Position numbers and translations under genes: made by a program
Shown: piece by piece, positions 29,323-38,184 of the stretch
How positions within the stretch are numbered: position 1 is the first letter of the stretch
Layout of the letters: every line of letters starts with the position of its first letter
Assembly: GCA_010031785.1 (NCBI GenBank)
Contig: RGZA01000001.1
Location: 1-48,392 of the forward strand
Direction of reading: 5' to 3'
DNA: 48,392 nucleotides
DNA from: Alphaproteobacteria bacterium
GTDB taxonomy: Bacteria > Pseudomonadota > Alphaproteobacteria > UBA9219 > RGZA01
Notes under the pieces: generated by a model
What the model was told of the DNA's origin: nothing
Database searches by the model: none
Seen by the model: the letters and a program-made list of their open reading frames with translations, nothing else

Positions 29323-29342
29323 GGTAATCAGTGGATATTACC
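29323..29342. promoter_or_regulatory. inverted repeat GGTAAT-N8-ATTACC upstream of ORF 29389, possibly an operator
   Basis: Read directly from the sequence. An additional ATTACC sits at 29256-29261. Confidence 0.3.
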
Positions 29343-29388
29343 GAATGCGGTGATAAATTTTTCAAATTCTCAAAATTAAGGGGGCTGA

Positions 29389-29790
29389 ATGTCACGAAAA
29401 ATCAAAGAACGTCAAACACAGGCGATAGCATTGCTATCTGGCGGGGTAAGCTGCACCAGCGTTGCCGCCAGCCTGAAGGTGACAAGAGAAACTATTTCAC
29501 GCTGGAAGAACGAGCCGCATTTCAGGGCAGAATTGAACGCCGCCACCGAAGATGCGCGGGAAACACTGCGAAGCCGATTGCTTGGCATGGCTGAAAAAGC
29601 CTTGCAAGTTATTGAGGCGGATTTGAGCGCAGACCAACCAAGCGATAAACGCAGCCGCACAGCCATCAAGATTCTTGAACTAGCAGCCAATGGGAAAATT
29701 GGCTTGCCAGAAGAACCATTGATCACAGACCAATGCACCCTTCAAGCCATAAAGCGGGAAGAAAAAAGCAAACAGGGCTGGATATTTTAA
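29389..29790 (+). CDS. hypothetical HTH-domain protein
   Basis: 133 aa. The N-terminus, RQTQAIALLSGGVSCTSVAASLKVTRETISRWKNEP, resembles a resolvase or terminase-small-type HTH. A GGGGG RBS-like motif lies upstream. Confidence 0.5.
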   Translation: MSRKIKERQTQAIALLSGGVSCTSVAASLKVTRETISRWKNEPHFRAELNAATEDARETLRSRLLGMAEKALQVIEADLSADQPSDKRSRTAIKILELAANGKIGLPEEPLITDQCTLQAIKREEKSKQGWIF

Positions 29791-29996
29791 TTAACAATTG
29801 GTTTTTGGATATTGCACCAATCCCGCCAAGCATGTTGCCGCGACTGTCCCCCATACTGATTTGGCTGCAAAAATCCTTGAAATGCACGCAATTTTGAAAG
29901 GCATAAAACCATTATCGCAATAGGCCATAAATGTTGATAATAAAGAAAGTATACACCCGCCGATTCATTGTTAGCTTCTAATAAGGTTTCCTTTGC

Positions 29997-32900
29997 ATGA
30001 CTACCATCCACGATCTATTAAATCAATTTCGTGAAGCCGCAACTTCAAATCGGGATTTAGGTGATAAGTTTGAAAGGTTGATCGCTAATTATCTGGTTAC
30101 TGATCCGCTCTATAGCGACAAGTATAGTGATGTGTGGCTGTGGGGTGAATGGCCTGACCGTGGTAACAAGCCTGATACAGGAATTGATCTTGTCGCTAAG
30201 GAGCGTGGCACGGGGGACTATTGTGCTATTCAATGCAAATTTTATGACCCCAACTATAATTTACAAAAGGGCGATATAGACTCTTTCTTTACCGCATCGG
30301 GTAAAGCCCCATTCACGAGCCGGATGATTGTTTCTACCACCGATAAGTGGAGCAATCATGCAGAGGAAGCACTTAGAAATCAAAAAACACCTGTGCAGCG
30401 TTTGCGTGTGCAGGATTTGGCGGATAGCCCCATAGATTGGGGAAAATTTAGCTTAAAAAATCCAAAAGATATTAAACTAAAACCCAAGAAAAAGCTGCGT
30501 GATCATCAAAAAACTGCACTCGCCAAAGTAGCAGAAGGGCTAAAAATTGCTGATCGTGGCAAGCTAATCATGGCTTGTGGTACGGGCAAAACATTTACAG
30601 CTTTGAAGATTGCTGAGCACATGGTTCCCGCCAAAGGGTGCGTGCTGTTTCTTGTGCCTTCAATTTCACTTTTATCCCAAACTTTGCGGGAATGGACGGC
30701 AGAGGCGGATGTGAAGTTGCATCCTTTTGCCGTTTGCTCAGATGCCCAAGTAGGTAAGCGTTCAGAAAATGAAGATATTAGCACTCATGATCTTCCATTC
30801 CCCGCGACCACTGACACCAAAAAATTGGTTGCTCAGGTTGAATTGTTCACCGTCAAAAAAGAATTGGTCGTTATTTTTTCAACCTATCAATCTATTAAAG
30901 TTGTCGCGGATGCTCAAAAGAAAGGCTTGCCAGATTTTGATCTAATTATTTGTGACGAAGCCCACCGCACAACAGGCGTAACGCTTGAAGGAGAAGATGA
31001 ATCCCACTTTGTTAAAGTCCATGATCAATCCTACATTAAAGGTACAAAACGCCTTTATATGACTGCCACCCCGCGTATTTTCAGCGATGGCACAAAGACC
31101 CAAGCTAAAGATAGCGATGCAACCCTGTGCTCAATGGATGATGAAAATCTCTATGGCAAGGAATTGCACAGGCTTGGTTTTTCAGAAGCTGTAAGCAAAG
31201 GCTTATTGTCTGATTATAAAGTTATGGTACTTGCGGTTGATGAAAAATACGTCAGCAAAACATTTCAAAAACAAATTGCCGATGAAAATAACGAAATAAA
31301 ATTAGAAGATGCTGTTAAAATTATGGGTTGTTGGAATGGCCTGTCTAAACGCATGGGCAGAGATTTAAGCGGCAATCCATTGGAGGCTGATGCAAGCCCT
31401 ATGCGTAGGGCAGTAGCTTTCTCACGATCAATTAAAGATTCAAAACGGCTTACTGAGCTTTTTTCGCAAGTCGTGGATGAATATCGTAAAAAGCATCAAG
31501 AGGAAGAAAACACCCTTGTTTGTGAAGTTGACCATGTTGATGGTACTTTTAATGCACTTGTACGCAATAAAAGGCTCGATTGGCTAAAAGCTGAAACGTC
31601 ACCAAATACTTGCCGGATTTTATCAAACGCCCGTTGCTTATCCGAAGGTGTGGATGTTCCTGCGCTTGATGCGGTGATGTTCCTAAACCCGCGCAATTCG
31701 ATTGTAGATGTGGTGCAGTCGGTGGGGCGTGTGATGCGTAAAGCTGATGGGAAAAAATATGGCTATGTAATTCTTCCAATTGGCATCCCAGCAGATATGA
31801 CACCGGAAGAAGCCTTAAAGGATAATCAGAAATACAAGGTTGTCTGGCAGGTGCTTCAAGCCCTTCGTGCCCACGATGATCGGTTTAATGCCACAGTTAA
31901 TCAGATTGATTTGAATAAAGCCCGCCCTGAAAATATCCAAGTGATTGGTGTGGGCGGTGATGTTGAGGGTGAGGGCGCAAGTGAAAATGGCGCGGATAGT
32001 AAACCAAAAAACACCCAGCATGTTTTTGCCTTTCCTAACATTGAAGAATGGCGCGATGCAATTTATGCCAAAATTGTCGTTAAATGCGGGGATCGCCGTT
32101 ATTGGGAAGATTGGGCAAAAGATGTTGCCCAGATTGCCGAACGCCACATCACCCGTGTAAAAGCATTGCTGGAAAGTTCTGATCAACAACACCGCAAGGC
32201 ATTTGATGAATTTTTACAGGGTTTACGAGATAATTTAAACCCAAGCATTAGCCAAGATGATGCGATTGAAATGCTATCCCAGCATTTGATTACCAAACCA
32301 GTATTTGATGCCCTTTTTGAAGGGTATGAATTTACAAAGCAAAACCCCGTTTCCATCACCATGCAAAAAATGCTTGATGTATTGGAGGATCAGGCATTTG
32401 ATAAAGAAACCGAGAAGCTTGAAAAGTTTTATGACAGCGTAAAACAGCGTGTAAGCGGTATTGATAGCGCGGCAGGTAAGCAAAATGTTATTAAGGAGCT
32501 TTATGATAAGTTCTTCCGTACTGCTTTCCCGCGCATGGCTGAACGCCTTGGCATTGTTTATACGCCTGTGGAAGTGGTTGATTTTATAATTCGCAGTGCG
32601 GACGATGCCTTGCGCCAAGAATTTGGCGTGGGCTTAACAGATAAAGATGTTCATATCCTTGACCCATTCACGGGCACGGGTACATTCATTGTACGTTTGC
32701 TGCAAAACGGCCTAATTGATCCCGCTGATTTAGCGCGAAAATACCAAAGCGAATTACACGCCAATGAAATTCTATTGCTGGCTTATTATATTGCCGCGAT
32801 TAACATTGAGGAAACCTATCACGGGCTTTCTGGCGGTAAGTATAAACCGTTTGATGGCATCGTGCTGACCGATACTTTCCAAATGGCTGAAAGTGGCGGG

Positions 32901-34787
32901 GCGTTACATGATAAAATGTTTCCAGAAAATAATAAACGCGTGAAACGACAAAAAGAAAGCCCCATTCGTGTTATTATGGGCAATCCACCGTACTCAGTCG
33001 GGCAAACAAGTGAGAATGATGCCAACAAAAATTTAAAATATACTTTTTTGGATAGCAGAATAAGAGATACTTATGCTGTTCATTCAACAGCAACAAATAA
33101 AAACAGTCTTTATGATTCCTATATCCGCTCAATTCGTTGGGCGAGTGACCGCATAACAGATAAAGGCATCATTTGCTTTGTCAGTAACGGGTCATTTATC
33201 GATAACAATTCGATGGATGGTTTACGCAAATGTTTGGTGGATGAATTTGCATCGATTTATTGTTTTAATTTGCGCGGTAATGCTCGGACTTCTGGCGAGC
33301 AAAGGCGTATGGAAAAAGGCAATGTTTTTGGTGAGGGGTCTCGAACGCCAATTGCAATTACTTTGCTGATCAAAAACATAGAAAAGAAAGGTAAAACTAA
33401 GCTTTTCTACCATGATATTGGTGATTATTTGAGCCGTGAAGAAAAGCTAAAAATCGTTTCTGATTTTGGCAGTACAAAGAAAATTGACTGGCAAAAACTT
33501 ACACCAAACGACAGCCATGACTGGATTAATCAGCGTGACCCAGCGTTTGATAAGTTTATTGCAATCGGCGATAAAGAAAATGAACATGAAGCTGTCATTT
33601 TTGATACGTATTCTAGTGGTGTGAAAACAAACCGTGATACGTGGGCGTATAATTTCTCTGATAGAAATTTGACAGCTAACATGAAGGGTATGATCGATTT
33701 TTACAATCAACAAACTGAAAGTTTTGAGAAAGACAGAAAAGGGAAAAATTTCAAATCAACCGATGAAAGGAAGCAAATCGTTGAAAATTTTGTGGACACT
33801 GACCCCACGAAAATTAGCTGGTCTCGTGGCCTTAAGGAAGACCTGAGCCGTTTTGTAAAACACAGCTTTTCTAAAAGCTCCGTTTTTCAAAGCGTATACA
33901 GGCCTTTTTGCAAACAGTGGGCTTATTTTAATAAAGATTTTAATGATATGATTTATCAAATGCCAAGGTTTTTTCCTGAAAATGGCATAAGCAATTTAGC
34001 TATCTGTATGACAGGGGTGGGAGCGAGTAAAGAGTTCTCTGCATTGATTGCAAATGTTTTGCCCAACTTACATTTTCATGATACGGGGCAATCCTTTCCA
34101 CTTTTTAGCTATGAAAAGTCAGTGCCCACAAATCAAATTTCTATGCTGGCGGATGCCAATGATTACCGCAAAAAATCTAATATATCTGATGCAATTTTGA
34201 TAAAATTCAGGGATGCTTATGATGGTGCGATTAGTAAGGAAGATATTTTCTATTATGTTTATGGCATCTTGCACTCACCTGAATATAAAACGCGTTTTTC
34301 TTCTGACCTTAAAAAAATGTTGCCACGTATTCCGTTGGCAAAAGATTTTTGGGTATTTAGTAAAGCAGGGCGCGAGCTTGCCAAATGGCATTTAAACTAT
34401 GAAACGATTGAGCCTTATAAGCTGACTGAGCACGCGGCAAAGCTAACGCTTAATCCAAAAACAGATTACCAAGTCAGCAAAATGACATTTGGTAAGAAGG
34501 ATGGCGCGGTGGATAAAACCACCATCATTTACAACAGCCTTATTACCCTTACGGGCATCCCGCTAGAAGCCTATGAGTATGTAGTGAATGGCAAGCCTGC
34601 CCTTGAATGGATAATTGAGCGTTATCAATTCACTCGTGATAAAGACAGCCAGATTATCAATGACCCTAACGATTGGTCGGATGATCCGCGTTACATCATT
34701 GACCTTGTAAAACGCATTGTGCGCGTAAGCATTGAAACGATGAAAATTGTTGATGCCTTGCCGCCATTAAACGAACGAAAAGATTGA
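29997..34787 (+). CDS. type ISP restriction-modification enzyme (single-polypeptide nuclease-helicase-methyltransferase-TRD, LlaGI/LlaBIII-like)
   Basis: 1596 aa. It has an Mrr-like nuclease (GIDLVAKE...YCAIQCKFY), an SF2 motor (MACGTGKTFTAL, IICDEAHRTTG, LSEGVDVPALD), a gamma-class N6A methyltransferase (ILDPFTGTGTFIV, VIMGNPPYSVGQ) and a long C-terminal target-recognition region. Confidence 0.85.
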   Translation: MTTIHDLLNQFREAATSNRDLGDKFERLIANYLVTDPLYSDKYSDVWLWGEWPDRGNKPDTGIDLVAKERGTGDYCAIQCKFYDPNYNLQKGDIDSFFTASGKAPFTSRMIVSTTDKWSNHAEEALRNQKTPVQRLRVQDLADSPIDWGKFSLKNPKDIKLKPKKKLRDHQKTALAKVAEGLKIADRGKLIMACGTGKTFTALKIAEHMVPAKGCVLFLVPSISLLSQTLREWTAEADVKLHPFAVCSDAQVGKRSENEDISTHDLPFPATTDTKKLVAQVELFTVKKELVVIFSTYQSIKVVADAQKKGLPDFDLIICDEAHRTTGVTLEGEDESHFVKVHDQSYIKGTKRLYMTATPRIFSDGTKTQAKDSDATLCSMDDENLYGKELHRLGFSEAVSKGLLSDYKVMVLAVDEKYVSKTFQKQIADENNEIKLEDAVKIMGCWNGLSKRMGRDLSGNPLEADASPMRRAVAFSRSIKDSKRLTELFSQVVDEYRKKHQEEENTLVCEVDHVDGTFNALVRNKRLDWLKAETSPNTCRILSNARCLSEGVDVPALDAVMFLNPRNSIVDVVQSVGRVMRKADGKKYGYVILPIGIPADMTPEEALKDNQKYKVVWQVLQALRAHDDRFNATVNQIDLNKARPENIQVIGVGGDVEGEGASENGADSKPKNTQHVFAFPNIEEWRDAIYAKIVVKCGDRRYWEDWAKDVAQIAERHITRVKALLESSDQQHRKAFDEFLQGLRDNLNPSISQDDAIEMLSQHLITKPVFDALFEGYEFTKQNPVSITMQKMLDVLEDQAFDKETEKLEKFYDSVKQRVSGIDSAAGKQNVIKELYDKFFRTAFPRMAERLGIVYTPVEVVDFIIRSADDALRQEFGVGLTDKDVHILDPFTGTGTFIVRLLQNGLIDPADLARKYQSELHANEILLLAYYIAAINIEETYHGLSGGKYKPFDGIVLTDTFQMAESGGALHDKMFPENNKRVKRQKESPIRVIMGNPPYSVGQTSENDANKNLKYTFLDSRIRDTYAVHSTATNKNSLYDSYIRSIRWASDRITDKGIICFVSNGSFIDNNSMDGLRKCLVDEFASIYCFNLRGNARTSGEQRRMEKGNVFGEGSRTPIAITLLIKNIEKKGKTKLFYHDIGDYLSREEKLKIVSDFGSTKKIDWQKLTPNDSHDWINQRDPAFDKFIAIGDKENEHEAVIFDTYSSGVKTNRDTWAYNFSDRNLTANMKGMIDFYNQQTESFEKDRKGKNFKSTDERKQIVENFVDTDPTKISWSRGLKEDLSRFVKHSFSKSSVFQSVYRPFCKQWAYFNKDFNDMIYQMPRFFPENGISNLAICMTGVGASKEFSALIANVLPNLHFHDTGQSFPLFSYEKSVPTNQISMLADANDYRKKSNISDAILIKFRDAYDGAISKEDIFYYVYGILHSPEYKTRFSSDLKKMLPRIPLAKDFWVFSKAGRELAKWHLNYETIEPYKLTEHAAKLTLNPKTDYQVSKMTFGKKDGAVDKTTIIYNSLITLTGIPLEAYEYVVNGKPALEWIIERYQFTRDKDSQIINDPNDWSDDPRYIIDLVKRIVRVSIETMKIVDALPPLNERKD

Positions 34788-34793
34788 AAAATC

Positions 34794-36245
34794 ATGAGTA
34801 ACATATCGGATTATATGGAGGACGGTGATGAATCTGATCTTCTTCAAAATGCGATTGATTCAGTCCAATTGGGAATTGAAGATTTTAAAAATGACGATCC
34901 AAAACGTATTTTATCAGCTTTTCGTAATCTTCATGCTGGCGTGTTGCTTTTATGTAAAGAAGTATTGCTGCGCTTATGTCCTAAAGATTCAAAAGAGGTG
35001 CACATAAAAGCAAAACAACAAGCCATAAAAGATTCTGATGGCAATATAATTTTTGTTGGTGTCGGTGATAATACAGTAACTGAGCATCAAATTATTGATA
35101 GATTTAAGAGCCTTGGAATTAAAACTGATCTATCCAAATTAAATGCACTCACTAAAATTAGAAATGACATTGAGCATTATTATTCACAAAATCTATCAGA
35201 AATTCAACCAAGGCGTGGTGGCGCAAAACTATTTAAAAATCTAAAGCGGGTAATCATTGATGAAATCTCAATGGTACGTGCTGATTTGTTAGATGCCGTT
35301 GATCATGCGCTGCAAATAAACAGGAAAGATGCTCGTCCATTCGGTGGTGTGCAAATAATTTTAGTGGGGGACTTCCTACAACTGCCACCCGTTGTAAGAG
35401 GTGATGAAGAAGAAATTCTAAGTAGCATGGGATATGAAACCCCGTTTGCCTTTAGTGCAAAATGCTTACAGAAAAATAAAGTTGTTACCATTGAGCTTTC
35501 AAAAGTTCACCGTCAAGATGATCCAGAATATATACGCTTGTTAGGCAATATACGATCAGGAGATGATTTAGAAGAAACTGTAAAAGCCTTTAATAATACA
35601 TGTTTTGGACAACATAAACGGGATGCCGCCCCCGTTATTCTGACAGGAACAAACGCTATTGCTGAAAAGTATAATCAGCGTGGGCTGAAAAGCCTTCCAA
35701 GCCAAGATGTGCTGTATGAAGGCATAATAAGTGGCGAGTTTAATCTTGATAAAGATAAGCTTCCTACGCCTGAGCTTCTAAACCTTAAAGTCGGTGCTCG
35801 AATAATGATGGTAAAAAACGACAAAGGTAAAAAGTGGGTCAATGGCTCATTGGGTGAGGTGGTGCGGCTTGGGCAGGATCGTATTTGGGTAAAACTTGAT
35901 GATAAAGACGGAGAGCATGAGGTAGCCAAAGCAGCTTGGGAAAACATTCGCTATGAATGGGATGATGAAAAACAAAGCATTGAAGCCAAAGTAGTGGGCA
36001 GCTATTCACAAATTCCCGTTATTCCTGCTTGGGCACTGACTATTCACAAGGCGCAAGGCTTAACGCTTGAAAATGTTCGTGTGGATTTGGCTACAGGCGC
36101 GTTTGCTTCTGGGCAGGCCTATGTTGCTCTATCAAGGGCACGCTCACTGGAAGGGCTATCTTTTGCCACACCATTGCGTGTTACTGATGCCATTGTTGAC
36201 AGGCGTCTTATTCAAAGTGAGCATAGCTTCAAACAAATCGATTAG
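34794..36245 (+). CDS. fusion ORF: N-terminal HEPN/DUF4145-like segment joined to a Pif1/RecD-family helicase that starts at the Walker B motif (no Walker A)
   Basis: 483 aa, starting 7 nt after the type ISP stop. Roughly aa 1-140 end in KIRNDIEHYY, an Rx4H motif. From about aa 150 the ORF is Pif1-like (VIIDEISMVRADLLD, GGVQIILVGDFLQLPPV, VHRQDD, WALTIHKAQGLTLE, GQAYVALSRARSLEGL). No GxxxxGK[ST] motif occurs anywhere. Confidence 0.6.
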   Translation: MSNISDYMEDGDESDLLQNAIDSVQLGIEDFKNDDPKRILSAFRNLHAGVLLLCKEVLLRLCPKDSKEVHIKAKQQAIKDSDGNIIFVGVGDNTVTEHQIIDRFKSLGIKTDLSKLNALTKIRNDIEHYYSQNLSEIQPRRGGAKLFKNLKRVIIDEISMVRADLLDAVDHALQINRKDARPFGGVQIILVGDFLQLPPVVRGDEEEILSSMGYETPFAFSAKCLQKNKVVTIELSKVHRQDDPEYIRLLGNIRSGDDLEETVKAFNNTCFGQHKRDAAPVILTGTNAIAEKYNQRGLKSLPSQDVLYEGIISGEFNLDKDKLPTPELLNLKVGARIMMVKNDKGKKWVNGSLGEVVRLGQDRIWVKLDDKDGEHEVAKAAWENIRYEWDDEKQSIEAKVVGSYSQIPVIPAWALTIHKAQGLTLENVRVDLATGAFASGQAYVALSRARSLEGLSFATPLRVTDAIVDRRLIQSEHSFKQID

Positions 36246-36268
36246 TCCTTTGGAGTTATAAGGTGGAG

Positions 36269-36288
36269 TGGGGCACTTTTGGGGGCAT
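36269..36288. promoter_or_regulatory. TGGGGCAC / TGGGGGCAT motif pair near the right end of island 1
   Basis: TGGGGCAC at 36269-36276 and TGGGGGCAT at 36280-36288 resemble the TGGGGCAT triplet beside the integrase gene. Confidence 0.35.
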
Positions 36289-36350
36289 CATGCTTGCAAC
36301 CACTTAAAAAGACTTTTTTAAATCAAATAGTTAGGCGTTGGATGTGTTTG

Positions 36351-36370
36351 GCATCCCCCCGCCATTTATT
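36351..36370 (+). repeat. degenerate direct repeat of the tRNA-Ser 3' end (putative attR of island 1 and relic att of island 2)
   Basis: GCATCCCCCCGCCATTTATT compares with the tRNA end plus flank TCATCCCCTCCGCCAATTATT (26300-26320). By hand alignment, 17 of 21 positions match with a single 1-nt gap. Confidence 0.5.
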
Positions 36371-36715
36371 AAACATTTATCGTTATATATCAATAGTTTA
36401 TAGTATAGAATAGAGTTGCAACCCACAATATAACCCACAAAATAGGGTTGGATTAAGGTGGGGTTGTGGGGGCTATTTTGTCCTAAATGTTGGCTTTAGA
36501 GATTTAGCGCTAAGTTGAGAGCGTCAAGGCGTGCTGATAAGGCTGGATGGCAAAAAACTCTGCGATCCGCCAGAAGTTATTAGGTGCGTGCTGAATTACC
36601 TTGAGTTTATGCAGCCAGACTCATGAAAACTCACAACAAGTTAAACGCTCATTATAATTGCGTTGTTGGTGCAATCCATTAAGTTGAATAAAATCTAACT
36701 CACCAAGGCAACGCA

Positions 36716-38170
36716 ATGTTTGAGCAAGTCTTCAAAAATATCGATGATGTGCTGCACAAGGATGCAGGCTGCACCAGCGAGCTGGATTATGCTGAGCAAA
36801 CCTCATGGATTTTATTCCTGAAATATCTCGACGACTTGGAACGCGAGCGGGCGATGGAAGCCGAGCTTGTCGGCAAGCCATACGAATATATCATTGATGC
36901 GCCATACCGCTGGGAATCATGGGCAGCACCCAAAGCGACCGATGGCACATTCGATCACAACAAGGCATTGACAGGCGACGACCTGCGCGAATTTGTGGAT
37001 ACCAAGCTGTTCCCCTACCTCAAAGGCTTCAAACAAAAAGCGGATAGTCCCGATACCATCGAATATAAAATCGGTGAGATATTCGGCGAAATCCGCAACA
37101 AGGTGCAAAGCGGCTTCACCCTGCGCGATGTGCTGGAACGGGTGGACGAACTGCGCTTCCGCTCGCAGAAGGAAAAGCACGAACTCTCGCACCTGTATGA
37201 AACTCGCATAAAAAACATGGGCAATGCAGGGCGTAATGGCGGCGAGTATTACACTCCGCGCCCGCTTATTCGCGCCATGATTCAGGTGACGAAACCAAAA
37301 ATCGGTGAGCGGATTTATGATGGCGCGGTTGGCTCCGCAGGCTTCTTGTGTGAAGCCTATGAATACCTGCGCGCCAGCAAAGAACTGACCACCAGCGATC
37401 TGCAAACGCTGCAAACCAAAACCTTCTATGGTAAGGAAAAGAAAAGCCTCGCCTATGTCATCGCCATCATGAACATGATTTTGCATGGTATCGAGACGCC
37501 GAACATCCTGCACACCAACACGCTGGCCGAGAATATCAGCGATATTCAGGAAAAAGACCGCTTCGATGTCATCCTCGCCAATCCACCGTTTGGTGGGAAG
37601 GAACGCAAGGAGGTGCAGCAAAATTTCCCCATTAAAACGGGTGAAACCGCTTCCCTGTTTTTGCAACACTTCATCAAGTCACTAAAGGCGGGTGGCCGCG
37701 CGGCGATTGTTATTAAAAACACCTTCCTGAGCAATACAGACAACGCCTCCGTCGCTCTGCGTAAGGAGCTGCTGACAAGCTGTAACCTACACACGGTGTT
37801 GGATTGTCCTTCGGGAACCTTCCAAGGTGCAGGCGTTAAAACGGTGGTGCTTTTTTTTGAAAAAGGTTCGGCCACGCGCAAGGTGTGGTTTTACCAACTC
37901 AAGCCAGACCGCAACATGGGCAAAACCAACCCATTAAACGATGAGGACGTGAAGGACTTTGTAAAGCTGCAAGCCAGCTTCGCCAATTCCGATAATTCAT
38001 GGACGGTCGATGCGGCGACGATTGACCCCACCACCTATGACCTTTCGACGAAGAACCCGAATAAGGCCGAGGAAGTTGCAGCCCGCAGCCCGCAAGCCAT
38101 CATCGACGAAGTATTGTCGCTGGATAACGAAAGCGCGGTCATTATGACGCGCATCAAAGCAATGCTATAA
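36716..38170 (+). CDS. hsdM: type I restriction-modification system methyltransferase subunit
   Basis: 484 aa with an HsdM_N-type N-terminus, motif I (IYDGAVGSAGFL) and motif IV (ILANPPFGGKE). Confidence 0.95.
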   Translation: MFEQVFKNIDDVLHKDAGCTSELDYAEQTSWILFLKYLDDLERERAMEAELVGKPYEYIIDAPYRWESWAAPKATDGTFDHNKALTGDDLREFVDTKLFPYLKGFKQKADSPDTIEYKIGEIFGEIRNKVQSGFTLRDVLERVDELRFRSQKEKHELSHLYETRIKNMGNAGRNGGEYYTPRPLIRAMIQVTKPKIGERIYDGAVGSAGFLCEAYEYLRASKELTTSDLQTLQTKTFYGKEKKSLAYVIAIMNMILHGIETPNILHTNTLAENISDIQEKDRFDVILANPPFGGKERKEVQQNFPIKTGETASLFLQHFIKSLKAGGRAAIVIKNTFLSNTDNASVALRKELLTSCNLHTVLDCPSGTFQGAGVKTVVLFFEKGSATRKVWFYQLKPDRNMGKTNPLNDEDVKDFVKLQASFANSDNSWTVDAATIDPTTYDLSTKNPNKAEEVAARSPQAIIDEVLSLDNESAVIMTRIKAML

Positions 38171-38184
38171 AGGAGAGTGATCCC

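Larger units (their letters stand above)
26314..36370 (+). mobile_element. integrative genomic island 1 (P4-integrase type) inserted at the tRNA-Ser 3' end
   Basis: An integrase lies directly after the tRNA. A degenerate copy of the tRNA 3' end sits at 36351-36370. TGGGGCA(T/C) motifs occur near both ends. Composition is visibly more AT-rich than the core block. Confidence 0.6.

Noticed and set aside
29787-30011. 74-aa minus-strand ORF overlapping the type ISP start
   Set aside because: It has no RBS and no motif, and it sits in the promoter region of a 4.8-kb gene, so it is probably spurious.
36917-37669. 250-aa minus-strand ORF inside hsdM
   Set aside because: It is antisense to a complete, motif-bearing HsdM. 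It is a typical long shadow ORF in a GC-richer gene.
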